Shown here: one piece after another, positions 8,866-17,515 of the stretch | How positions within the stretch are numbered: the first letter of the stretch is position 1 | How the letters are laid out: every line of letters begins with the position of its first letter | IMG/VR virus record: IMGVR_UViG_3300020431_000026 | Location: 1 to 28,563 of that record | Origin: a virus | Taxonomy: Duplodnaviria > Caudoviricetes | DNA: 28,563 nt | Direction: 5' to 3' (one strand) | The notes under the pieces: model-generated | Seen by the model: only the letters and a program-made list of their open reading frames with translations | What the model was told of the DNA's origin: nothing | Database searches by the model: none | Made by a program: the position numbers and the translations under genes

Positions 8866-9831
8866 ATGTTTAACTGGCATATAAAAGAATCCCCTCTCTC
8901 AAGTTTGATTGGGATGGGTGGAGGTATTGGAAGAAACACAATTCGTAATGCTGGACCGAAAGCAACTGGCGGTGATGAAATAATTGATACTGGAACTCAT
9001 TGGCTTCATGTATTTACATCACCTGGAAATTTTGTTTCCTCTGCAGCATTAACTGTTGATTATTTTATGGTTGGTGGAGGTGGTGGTGCCAGTACTGGAC
9101 AGGGAGCTGGTGGTGGAGGTGCAGGAGCCTTTACATACAAAACTTCTGTCTCTCTTTCAGCAGCTTCTTACGCAATTGTTATTGGTCAGGGTGGTGCTAG
9201 TGTTTTTTCTGGATGGCCAAATTATAATAAACCAGCCCCTGGCACAAATACTACTTTTAATTCATTAACTGCCCAAGGCGGTGGCGGTGGTAGTGGAAAC
9301 TATCCAAACCCAGGTCCAGTCCAAACAGGATCCCCTGGTGCTTCTGGAGGTGGAGGTACTGGAGAACACAGCTCATATCCAGGAGGAGCTGCTACTTCTA
9401 ATCCTTATCCTGGAGTTTTTGGTGATTCGCCAAATATTGGATGGGGACATAATGGTGGTGCTGGTCGAGCACCTTGGAATTTCTCCGGTGGCGGTGGTGG
9501 CGGTGCAGCAGCTGCTGGTGGAACCAATGCTGCCATTGGTGGACCTGGTGGCAATGGTCTAGCAGTTCCATGGATGCCCACTGATTATGGAACACCAGGA
9601 CCAGGTTCAGGTAGATATTTTGCTGGTGGTGGAGGCGGAATGTCAGGTTTAACTGGTCCTCAGGGAACCACTGGTAAAGGCGCACCAGGTTGGGGTACTG
9701 GAACACCAGGTTCTGCAGGCGTTGGTGATAATACTGGTGGCGGTGGAGGTGGTTCCCTTACTGGTACAACATCAGGGAATGCTCAATCTGCGGGATATGC
9801 TGGAATTGTTGCCATAAGATATAGCAAATAA
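8866..9831 (+). CDS. Glycine-rich putative adhesin (321 aa)
   Basis: HVFTSPG..F, VGGGGGA, multiple GGGG blocks, YGTPGP..GRYF.GGG and GIVAIRY; paralogous to the first domain of 15500..17350. Confidence 0.75.
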   Translation: MFNWHIKESPLSSLIGMGGGIGRNTIRNAGPKATGGDEIIDTGTHWLHVFTSPGNFVSSAALTVDYFMVGGGGGASTGQGAGGGGAGAFTYKTSVSLSAASYAIVIGQGGASVFSGWPNYNKPAPGTNTTFNSLTAQGGGGGSGNYPNPGPVQTGSPGASGGGGTGEHSSYPGGAATSNPYPGVFGDSPNIGWGHNGGAGRAPWNFSGGGGGGAAAAGGTNAAIGGPGGNGLAVPWMPTDYGTPGPGSGRYFAGGGGGMSGLTGPQGTTGKGAPGWGTGTPGSAGVGDNTGGGGGGSLTGTTSGNAQSAGYAGIVAIRYSK

Positions 9832-9860
9832 TTGACTCTGGTGAAGTTATGATATATAAT
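9832..9860 (+). promoter_or_regulatory. Sigma70-type early/middle promoter
   Basis: TTGACT (9832-9837), 17-nt spacer, TATAAT (9855-9860), upstream of ATG 9884. Confidence 0.85.
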
Positions 9861-9883
9861 GATATTGAATATATTATAGGTAT

Positions 9884-10504
9884 ATGGCATTCCAAAGTAT
9901 CTGGTACTACACAGATCTTCCAGATGATATTGTAGATATTGTAGAAAGAGAACTAACTGATAAGTTTGATGAGCAGATGGCAGACTCTAGACTTCATGGG
10001 GATGCACTCAATAAAGATAAAAGAAATTCACAAAATACCTGGATTCCTACAGCACATTGGGTGGCAGGGTTCCTATGGCATTATATTCAACGTGCTAATC
10101 GTGAAAACTTTCTATATGACTTGAGAAATATTGATGGTGAGTCAATGCAATATACTCGTTATACAGAAGGTCAATTTTATGGATGGCATAATGATGCAGG
10201 ACTAGCAACACAATATAAACCTATAAGTGGCAACAATCGTGCTGAAGGATTGGCACAAGACTTTGTAAATGAGAATATTGAACTTGTTCGTAAGTTGTCA
10301 TTTTCTCTTCAACTCTCTAACCCTGATGACTATGAGGGTGGAAATGTCCAATTGCTAGATGAAGCAGGAAATTCTTATATTGCTCCACGAAAACGTGGTT
10401 GTATTGTTCTATTTGATTCAAGAACACAGCATAGAGTTCTTAAAGTTAAGAAAGGTGTTCGTAAATCTATTGTTGGATGGGTTGTTGGTCCGAGGTGGAA
10501 ATAA
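9884..10504 (+). CDS. 2OG-Fe(II) oxygenase, prolyl-4-hydroxylase/PKHD-like (206 aa)
   Basis: HxD (WHND), RKLSFSLQLS...YEGG, distal His (QHRV) and 2OG-binding R-x-S (RKSIVGW). Confidence 0.9.
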   Translation: MAFQSIWYYTDLPDDIVDIVERELTDKFDEQMADSRLHGDALNKDKRNSQNTWIPTAHWVAGFLWHYIQRANRENFLYDLRNIDGESMQYTRYTEGQFYGWHNDAGLATQYKPISGNNRAEGLAQDFVNENIELVRKLSFSLQLSNPDDYEGGNVQLLDEAGNSYIAPRKRGCIVLFDSRTQHRVLKVKKGVRKSIVGWVVGPRWK

Positions 10505-11238
10505 TGAAAATGACACAAGAGCATCTTGATTTTCAAGAGAAGATCAATGCAGGCACTGCATGGACTCTTAATGATGAGTTTGATAAAAATGGTTATATTG
10601 TACTAAGAAATCTTTGTGATGCTAATCATCTAATATCCCCTGTTCCTCAGAGTAGAGGCCAATACAACTATTATGATAAAAATATTGAGAACTTTACTCA
10701 TGATCCAGTTGAGAATCAAGTAGAAGGATCAACATCTCGCTATTGGTATCCTCAATACAGAAAGATACATAATGACATTCGTCTTAGGTTGCAAAAAGAA
10801 ATAGGACGTTTGCTGTATAATACCTATTACTATGATAGATTTTACTTTCCTGGACAAAAACTTGACAAGCATGCTGATAGAGATGCTTGTGAAATATCAG
10901 TAACAGTCAATGTTGGAACTAATCTTAAAGATAAAGATGCTGATTGGCCAATTTATATCAAGACTCCTGACACATATAAGGATAAGACTAAAGAAACTAT
11001 TGTTATTGCAGGGAAAGAGCACTCAGTTATTCTAAATCCTGGTGATGGAATGGTATATAAGGGTTGTGAACGCCCACATTGGCGTGAACCTATGCCCGGT
11101 AAAGTAGGTCCACCAAAAAGAGGAAAAAGATTATTTGGTGGACCTCAACCAGAGGAACAATATTATCATCAAATCTTTTTTCATTATGTCTTGCAAGATG
11201 GAGAAAGAGCACATTGTGCCTGGGATAAATCAAGATAA
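10504..11238 (+). CDS. 2OG-Fe(II) oxygenase-like protein (probable start ATG 10504)
   Basis: HxD (KHADR..CEISVT) and distal His (GDGMVYKGCERPHWR); ATG overlaps the upstream TAA. Confidence 0.8.
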   Translation: MKMTQEHLDFQEKINAGTAWTLNDEFDKNGYIVLRNLCDANHLISPVPQSRGQYNYYDKNIENFTHDPVENQVEGSTSRYWYPQYRKIHNDIRLRLQKEIGRLLYNTYYYDRFYFPGQKLDKHADRDACEISVTVNVGTNLKDKDADWPIYIKTPDTYKDKTKETIVIAGKEHSVILNPGDGMVYKGCERPHWREPMPGKVGPPKRGKRLFGGPQPEEQYYHQIFFHYVLQDGERAHCAWDKSR

Positions 11239-11248
11239 AATTTCCAAC

Positions 11249-11277
11249 TTCCATGCAACTAATGCATGGAACATTTT
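11249..11277 (+). terminator. Probable intrinsic terminator after the oxygenase pair
   Basis: TTCCATGCA-ACTAA-TGCATGGAA perfect 9-bp stem followed by CATTTT. Confidence 0.65.
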
Positions 11278-11283
11278 ATAGGA

Positions 11284-11297
11284 TAAATAACTAAAAA
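11284..11297 (+). promoter_or_regulatory. T4-type late promoter (TAAATAACTAAAAA)
   Basis: Extended motif upstream of ATG 11309. Confidence 0.75.
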
Positions 11298-11308
11298 TGT
11301 AGATAGAA

Positions 11309-12652
11309 ATGTCTTCTTCATCAAATGCTGCTGAATTATCTAGTTTATCTTCAGGAAATGTATGGGTAGTTGACGGTGCCAATAGTAGAGTTGGCGTCAA
11401 CACCACTTCCCCATCAACTACTCTTGATGTAATTGGTATTGTAAGCGCAACTAGTTTTCAAGGTGATGGTTCTGCATTAACTGGAATTTCAGGGGGTCTA
11501 GCAGATGTTGTTGATGACCCTTCTCCACAACTAGGTGGTAATTTAGATCTTAATAATAAAAAAATTACAGGTACAGGCGGAATTGATGTAGTTGGTGTTG
11601 TTACTTCTACTGGAATTGATGTAACTGCTGGCGGTATTAATGCAGTTGGTGTTATTACTGCTACTAAATTGCATGTTGGTGTTGGTACTGGTGTATATAA
11701 TGAAGATCTAGTTGTACAAGGTGATGCAAGAATTACTGGTATTCTAACTATTGGTACTGCATCAATTACCCTAGACCCTATAAATAAAGAACTAACTGGT
11801 ATCAATGATATTGTTGTTGGATCTGGAGCATCATTATCATTAGCACCACTACTTAACAATAGTGGCTCAATGGTTGTTGATTATACCAAATTAATTCTTA
11901 AGGGAGGTAATTCCAATCTTATAGGTTCATATAGTAGAAGAGTTGGTTTTGTTATATGGTGGGCGTATCCTTACACAAATCAATCCAGATTTCTTACTGC
12001 TAATAATTATTATTATTTTTTACATGAAGACGACAACTCTAAAATAATTATTTACAGTATTCTTAATAATTACTGGTGGGCAATTCATAGTAATGGGTCT
12101 GATTTTTCTTCACCACAAAACAATGGTGTGATCTCTCCAGTAACTAATTATGCATTGATCACTCCTGGAACACAAACTTATGACAGTACTTATAAATTAT
12201 ATCCAAGTTCTGGAAGTCTAGTTGAATATCCGACATCGGTTGTAGATCAAAAATCTTCACTTGGTGCTGCAGATGCATCCTCCATAATTGTATCTGGTAA
12301 TGCTAATGTTAGTGGCATTCTGACTGCTAGTGTATTAGATAGAACACATACAACTATCACATCAGGTATTGTGACTACATTAGTATCTAATAACTATTAT
12401 TCTGTTGACACTTCATCAGGGATAGTTACAGCATATCTACCTCAAAGTCCTTCTCAGGGAGACTACATAGTTATATCAGATAACTCTGGGTCTTTTGGTA
12501 TAAACACTTGTTTTATTGTTGCAAATCAGTCAGCTACTGGTCCTGCAACTTATATTCAAGGTTCTACTACAAATTTAGAAGCTGATGTTCAATACGCAAC
12601 AGCTTCTCTTACATATACAGGTTTTTCTACTACAGGTTGGTTGATTAAGTAA
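11309..12652 (+). CDS. Mosaic tail-fibre protein (447 aa)
   Basis: RVGVNTTSPSTTLDV, DPSPQLGGNLDLN and GINAVGVITAT fibre motifs; aromatic-rich central insert; C-terminal YSVDTSSG..TAYLP.SPSQGD.I.I.D..GSF..N domain resembling T4 gp34-type fibre repeats (from recall). Confidence 0.75.
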   Translation: MSSSSNAAELSSLSSGNVWVVDGANSRVGVNTTSPSTTLDVIGIVSATSFQGDGSALTGISGGLADVVDDPSPQLGGNLDLNNKKITGTGGIDVVGVVTSTGIDVTAGGINAVGVITATKLHVGVGTGVYNEDLVVQGDARITGILTIGTASITLDPINKELTGINDIVVGSGASLSLAPLLNNSGSMVVDYTKLILKGGNSNLIGSYSRRVGFVIWWAYPYTNQSRFLTANNYYYFLHEDDNSKIIIYSILNNYWWAIHSNGSDFSSPQNNGVISPVTNYALITPGTQTYDSTYKLYPSSGSLVEYPTSVVDQKSSLGAADASSIIVSGNANVSGILTASVLDRTHTTITSGIVTTLVSNNYYSVDTSSGIVTAYLPQSPSQGDYIVISDNSGSFGINTCFIVANQSATGPATYIQGSTTNLEADVQYATASLTYTGFSTTGWLIK

Positions 12653-14047
12653 ATGACAAAACTTTCAGATGTTAAAGGATTTGGCGCTGCTGGCGGAGGT
12701 GGCGGCGGAGGAGGTGGTAGTAGTACATTTACTGGATCTCTTCTCACTGATTTTAAATCATTCAATAACAATGATGCAGGTTGGTATATGACTATAACTA
12801 ACCTTGATGCATATGCTCATCCTGTAAGAATAAGAGGACTTGATACTGCAACTAAAGCATATTTTGGTATGAACTGTGCTATGACAGCTGGCAGTGGCAC
12901 GGGCCAGATGTCACACACCTTTACACTTTTTTCTGCTAATCAAAATACTGGTGCCATTACAAGAGAGAATGTTATTACAGTACAGGGAACTCCCTCCACA
13001 TATGATTACTCAACATTTGATAGGAGTAGCGATGAATGGACAGGTAGGTATACTTACTCTGGAAATTGCCCCAGGACTAGTTCAGGTCATCAGTATGGAT
13101 TTGATACTGTCTTAATTACAGGAACAACTACCACTAGTGAATCATCAGATCATACCAATACCACTGCATACTATCCTATATCAAACTCTCAAAAGTTTAA
13201 TTATGTTGCTACTGCAGAGAGAAGACATGGAGGTGCTGTAAAACATACGATGCCATCGTATGCATCTAGTAATAGTAAGGCAACAATAGTAGAATGGACT
13301 TATAATTACAGTACAACATCTGGGTATGCAGCGGCGAATCAAACCCCTCATGGACAAAGCACCACCACTAGCACTAATTACACCATCAACACTTTCTGGC
13401 AATGGCAGGATGCAAGTGAACCATATTATGATGATTTTCATTCTCAACCTGAAGGAGTATGGGCAAGAAATAGATCAACTGGTGCATGGTCTAATATCTT
13501 ACCAGGTCAAAGCGTGTCCCAAGACTATAGAGGATTTCATTTATCAAATGGCAGTGTTATGCTATACTTGGGAGGCGTTGGCAAACTTATCAATAGTAGT
13601 GGAACAATAAGTGATTTATCATCTGATGCTGCAGCTACTCTTTCAACTCTTGGTCCATCTAGATCTGGAAGTTACGGTTCTGTAGCATTTTGTTGGAATA
13701 TTGGTACAGATGAATGGATCCAGACATTACCTGGTGGTAAATTTATTAAATTTAAACTTGATCCATCTACTGGTGCTCAAACTATATCAAATTCTTTAGT
13801 AGTTGCTGAACTAGAATATGCTTCTCTTGATGATCAATTTCAATATAAAAAAGGATTCTTTTCAAGTTTCTCAGTTGGTTCTATTAATTACAGTTCAAAT
13901 AGTTTTACATTTGGCAATGAGAGTTCAAGTGGTAATGGGTACGGTAGAAACAAAATATGTTTCATGGGAGGATCCAACTCTGCTGATCAAATGTTTGTAG
14001 CTACATATGACCTCACAACATTAATCTCTACATTATCTTATTCATAG
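12653..14047 (+). CDS. Putative fibre-tip/receptor-binding protein (464 aa)
   Basis: Short N-terminal peptide, poly-Gly linker, then a Ser/Thr/aromatic-rich domain; start abuts the upstream stop. Confidence 0.6.
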   Translation: MTKLSDVKGFGAAGGGGGGGGGSSTFTGSLLTDFKSFNNNDAGWYMTITNLDAYAHPVRIRGLDTATKAYFGMNCAMTAGSGTGQMSHTFTLFSANQNTGAITRENVITVQGTPSTYDYSTFDRSSDEWTGRYTYSGNCPRTSSGHQYGFDTVLITGTTTTSESSDHTNTTAYYPISNSQKFNYVATAERRHGGAVKHTMPSYASSNSKATIVEWTYNYSTTSGYAAANQTPHGQSTTTSTNYTINTFWQWQDASEPYYDDFHSQPEGVWARNRSTGAWSNILPGQSVSQDYRGFHLSNGSVMLYLGGVGKLINSSGTISDLSSDAAATLSTLGPSRSGSYGSVAFCWNIGTDEWIQTLPGGKFIKFKLDPSTGAQTISNSLVVAELEYASLDDQFQYKKGFFSSFSVGSINYSSNSFTFGNESSSGNGYGRNKICFMGGSNSADQMFVATYDLTTLISTLSYS

Positions 14048-14055
14048 GAGAAAAT

Positions 14056-14271
14056 ATGCCTTACAGTAATATATCAGATCTTAGAGCAGCAAGAGATCAA
14101 GCATTATCAAATAGTGATTTTTATCTTCTTGAGGATTCTCCAATAGTTGAGGAACTAAGAGATGTAAAAATGGTAGCATTAAAGTTGTATCGTCAGGAAC
14201 TTCGTGATCTTCCAGCAAAAGCATCTATTGAAGGGATAGAAAATGTAGAATTACCCACTTCACCAATGTGA
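14056..14271 (+). CDS. Phage tail-assembly-chaperone-like protein (71 aa)
   Basis: R.ARD..L..SD...YRQELRDLP......P..P motif; AGGAG ribosome-binding site upstream. Confidence 0.8.
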   Translation: MPYSNISDLRAARDQALSNSDFYLLEDSPIVEELRDVKMVALKLYRQELRDLPAKASIEGIENVELPTSPM

Positions 14272-14326
14272 GTATTTTCTATAATTAAACTGTCAGTCAA
14301 TTAATGACGATAGAATTTTTATAAGA

Positions 14327-14341
14327 TAAATAAGTAAAAAG
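14327..14341 (+). promoter_or_regulatory. T4-type late promoter (TAAATAAGTAAAAAG)
   Basis: Extended motif upstream of ATG 14354. Confidence 0.75.
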
Positions 14342-14353
14342 AAACTGTGTGCA

Positions 14354-14752
14354 ATGTCAAGGGCACGAGATTTATCAAAATTAGCTAATGAAGCTTCCTT
14401 AAGTGTTAGTGGTAGTTATAATGTTGGTGTTAACTCAATAACACCAACCACTAAGCTTGATGTAAATGGTACAGTAACAGCAACTTCATTTGTTGGTTCT
14501 GGTTCAAACTTAACTGGTGTTAGTGGATTTGCTACTGCATTATCAAGTGATCAAACATCACCATTAACGGTTTTCTTCAAAACTCCAAAACAGGCGAGTA
14601 TTGGTGCAGGAATATCTGTAACTGTCGAATCTGATGTAACTTCAGGTAATGTTGCATTTATTAGAGAAAGTATTGTTCATGTAGCAGTTGGAGCTACGTT
14701 GCATGTTGGAGCAGGAACTACGTTATTAACTAATGTACTTGGTCTATTTTGA
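14354..14752 (+). CDS. Short fibre/anchor protein (132 aa)
   Basis: MSRARDLS start, VGVNSITPTTKLDV.GTVTATSF.G.GS.LTG fibre motif, C-terminus similar to that of 2214..2918. Confidence 0.7.
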   Translation: MSRARDLSKLANEASLSVSGSYNVGVNSITPTTKLDVNGTVTATSFVGSGSNLTGVSGFATALSSDQTSPLTVFFKTPKQASIGAGISVTVESDVTSGNVAFIRESIVHVAVGATLHVGAGTTLLTNVLGLF

Positions 14753-14758
14753 TAAATA
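14753..14758 (+). promoter_or_regulatory. Possible late promoter (gaTAAATA)
   Basis: TAAATA immediately after the stop and 35 nt before ATG 14788; lacks the extended motif. Confidence 0.55.
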
Positions 14759-14787
14759 AAAACATAGCAAAAGGATTTTAGAAACCG

Positions 14788-15492
14788 ATGTCTGAAATTA
14801 GGGTAAATAAAATTGTTAATGAAGCGGGAACTGGTTCCGTTGAATTTGCTGAAGGTGTAACTCTCCCTAGTGGAAAGACTATCAGTGGATCTGGAACCAT
14901 TTCGATGGACGTTACTGGTAGTATAAGTGGAAATGCTGGAGGATTAACTGGAACACCTAATATTGTAGTTGGATCTGTTACAGGAACTACAGGAACTTTT
15001 AGTGGTAATGTTTCTATTGGAGGAACTCTTACTTATGAAGATGTAACTAATATTGATTCTGTTGGACTTGTTACTGCAAGGTCTGGATTGAGAGTTCTTT
15101 CAGGTCTTTCAATATTGTCTGGTGGTTTAGTTGAGAAGTTTGAGAATGCAGGAACAACTCTTGGATCTCAAACCAATAACCCAATTGCTGATGGCAATGT
15201 AATCCTTTTCACTGGTAATGAATCAGGAAATAATACTATCAACTTTACTGGCATACATGCAAACATTTCATCAGGTGAAAATGTTTCATTCACTGTCGTT
15301 CTGACACCTAATAACTCTGGTGTCATCAATGCTGTTCAAGTGGATGGAGTTGCTCAAACTATTCAATGGTCTGGTGGTTCTGCTCCATCTGCAGGAAGTT
15401 CTGGTAGAGATGTATATGCTTTCAATATCCTAAAAACAGGATCAGGAACAACAGATTATGTGGTTTTGGGTGCAGCAACTAACTTCGCGTAA
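14788..15492 (+). CDS. Short fibre/stalk protein with C-terminal adaptor domain (234 aa)
   Basis: MSEIRVNKI start, shared neck motif, C-terminal WSGGSAP....GRDVYAFNILK...TNFA. Confidence 0.75.
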   Translation: MSEIRVNKIVNEAGTGSVEFAEGVTLPSGKTISGSGTISMDVTGSISGNAGGLTGTPNIVVGSVTGTTGTFSGNVSIGGTLTYEDVTNIDSVGLVTARSGLRVLSGLSILSGGLVEKFENAGTTLGSQTNNPIADGNVILFTGNESGNNTINFTGIHANISSGENVSFTVVLTPNNSGVINAVQVDGVAQTIQWSGGSAPSAGSSGRDVYAFNILKTGSGTTDYVVLGAATNFA

Positions 15493-15499
15493 TAAGTAA

Positions 15500-17350
15500 A
15501 TGTCTGAGTTAAATTTTTTTAAAAAACTAAATCCATTTCAAGGACTTGAAGGTTCTGGTGGTGGTCTAGCATCTATATTTTTTGCTGGTCCTAGTGCATT
15601 TGCAGAAGGTGGAACTGAAATTGAAGAAGGAGGATACAAATATCATGTTTTTACAACACCAGGAACTTTAACTACAAAAGTTGATAATCTTGGAGTAGAA
15701 TATCTTGTTGTTGGTGGAGGTGGAGCTGGAGCACAGTACATAGGTGGAGGAGGCGGAGGTGGAGGCGTCAGATTCTCTGCTATTTCACTTGGTCCAGCAT
15801 CAACTATCAACATCACAGTTGGAGCTGGTGGAACTCAAGCTATTACTGGTGTAGCAGAAGGTGGATGGCCTTCATCTTTAGGTAGTTTTATAACTTCTGA
15901 TGGTGGTGGCACTGGTGGTGGATCCAAAACTCCAAATGCTTCATTACATGGAGGAAATGGAGGTTCTGGAGGAGGCGGTGGAAACTATCAAACTGTTGGT
16001 TCTTATGGTTCTGGAAATGTTGCTCCTTACCATCCATCTCAAGGTAATCCTGGAGGTATCGCTCAGTATCTTGTTGGCGGTGGCGGTGGCGGTGGAGCAG
16101 GTGAGGCAGGTGGTGTTTTCGTAATTCAACCAGCTCCTTTCGGCGCGGGCGTTAGATCCGGTGGTAATGGTGTACCAGTTCCAGTATCATGGATTCCAGA
16201 TTCTTATGGAACACCTGGACCTCAACCAGGTAGATACTTTGGTGGTGGTGGATCTGGTGGTGCTCAGGGTGGTGATGGTAGTGGTTTGCCTGTTCATGCA
16301 GAAGCAGATATACCTGGTGGAGCAGGTGGAGGAGGATACGGTAATAACTATACTATTGGAGATAAATCTCCAATTGGAGGACCTCCAAATGGTTTAATGT
16401 ACACAAGAGCTACAGTTAATGGTGAAAACACCGGCGGTGGCGGTGGAGGCGCTGGAGGTAATGGTGATGACTTCTCTGCAGATGCAGGATTAGGTGCTAA
16501 AGGTATTGTTGCTGTTAGATATCCAATAGCAGGAGATCTAACTGTTTATGGTGAAGCAGAATACACAACAGCTGGAATTTATTCATGGGTTGCTCCTGCT
16601 GATGCTGCAGCAAGTGGAATTTGTGTCGTTTGTGTTGGTGGTGGAGGAGGAGGTAATCTTTATCAAAATGATTATAACACTGGTGGTGGTGGTGGCGCAC
16701 TTGCTTACAGAAACAATATGCCTGTAGTAGCAGGAAACACATATGTTCTAGAAGTAGGTGCTGGAGGAGTTAGTAATGGACCTTCTGGTGGTACTAACGG
16801 CGGTGCATCTTATTTTGTTAATTCTGGCCCAACAGGAGTTTATGCAAATGGTGGAGGAGGAGCAAACAGCAATGGTGGATCTGGTGGAGCTGGTGGATCT
16901 GGTGATGCTGCTTACTCAGGAGGAGTTGGAGGTCAAGTGAGTCCAACCGCGCCTGTTGGAATGGTTGTTGGCGGTGGCGGTGGAGCTGCTGGTTATAGCG
17001 GAAATGGTGGAGCTGGTGGTGTGAACTATGATACTAATGGAATAAATCCATCAGGTGCTGGCAGCGGTGGTGGCGGAGGTGGTGGTATTAGCCTTGGTGG
17101 TGGTGGTGTAGGAATATACGGTCGAGGATCAAGTGGTGGTACTGTATCTGGTAATTCTGCCCATGGCCTTGGTGGATCTGGTGGTTCAAGTACTGGGACC
17201 CCTGGTAATGCTGGAGCTGGTGGAACATATGGTGGAGGAGGTGGTTATAATGAATTTGGAGCATCTGGTGCTGTTAGAATTATTTGGGGTACTGGAAGAG
17301 CATTCCCAGATACACTTACAGGAAAACTTAGAAGTCCTGCACCTGCATAA
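15500..17350 (+). CDS. Glycine-rich putative adhesin with two tandem Gly-rich domains (616 aa)
   Basis: Domain 1 ends GIVAVRYP; domain 2 starts EYTTAGIYSWVAP...VVCVGGGGGG and ends GAVRIIWG. Confidence 0.75.
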   Translation: MSELNFFKKLNPFQGLEGSGGGLASIFFAGPSAFAEGGTEIEEGGYKYHVFTTPGTLTTKVDNLGVEYLVVGGGGAGAQYIGGGGGGGGVRFSAISLGPASTINITVGAGGTQAITGVAEGGWPSSLGSFITSDGGGTGGGSKTPNASLHGGNGGSGGGGGNYQTVGSYGSGNVAPYHPSQGNPGGIAQYLVGGGGGGGAGEAGGVFVIQPAPFGAGVRSGGNGVPVPVSWIPDSYGTPGPQPGRYFGGGGSGGAQGGDGSGLPVHAEADIPGGAGGGGYGNNYTIGDKSPIGGPPNGLMYTRATVNGENTGGGGGGAGGNGDDFSADAGLGAKGIVAVRYPIAGDLTVYGEAEYTTAGIYSWVAPADAAASGICVVCVGGGGGGNLYQNDYNTGGGGGALAYRNNMPVVAGNTYVLEVGAGGVSNGPSGGTNGGASYFVNSGPTGVYANGGGGANSNGGSGGAGGSGDAAYSGGVGGQVSPTAPVGMVVGGGGGAAGYSGNGGAGGVNYDTNGINPSGAGSGGGGGGGISLGGGGVGIYGRGSSGGTVSGNSAHGLGGSGGSSTGTPGNAGAGGTYGGGGGYNEFGASGAVRIIWGTGRAFPDTLTGKLRSPAPA

Positions 17351-17429
17351 ACTGTCCACTCAAGACCCTGCAGGAAACTGTGGGGTCTTATAGTAGGTAC
17401 ATACAAGACATAGGGGGTATGACCACTAC
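17347..17429 (+). repeat. 83-bp direct repeat, copy 1 (promoter motif, GAAA stem-loop, SD and start codon)
   Basis: 82/83 identical to 21936..22018. Confidence 0.95.
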
Positions 17430-17489
17430 AGTAAAATCCTCATCTAATAATATAAAAAAATTATTGATTGGATTAACTAAAATGTCACA

Positions 17490-17506
17490 TATAAATAACT
17501 AAAAAG
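17490..17506 (+). promoter_or_regulatory. T4-type late promoter (TATAAATAACTAAAAAG)
   Basis: Perfect TATAAATA upstream of ATG 17516; identical 17-mer to 8033..8049. Confidence 0.85.
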
Positions 17507-17515
17507 TAATAAACC

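Noticed and set aside
638-17350. Collagen-like (Gly-X-Y) proteins
   Set aside because: Glycines occur in runs (GGGGG, GxGG), not in a sustained triplet register; a polyglycine-II type fold fits better
17419-17502. 27-aa ORF MTTTVKSSSNN... after repeat copy 1
   Set aside because: Shares only its first four residues with the 32-aa gene and runs through AT-rich spacer and the late promoter; treated as a scar, not a gene
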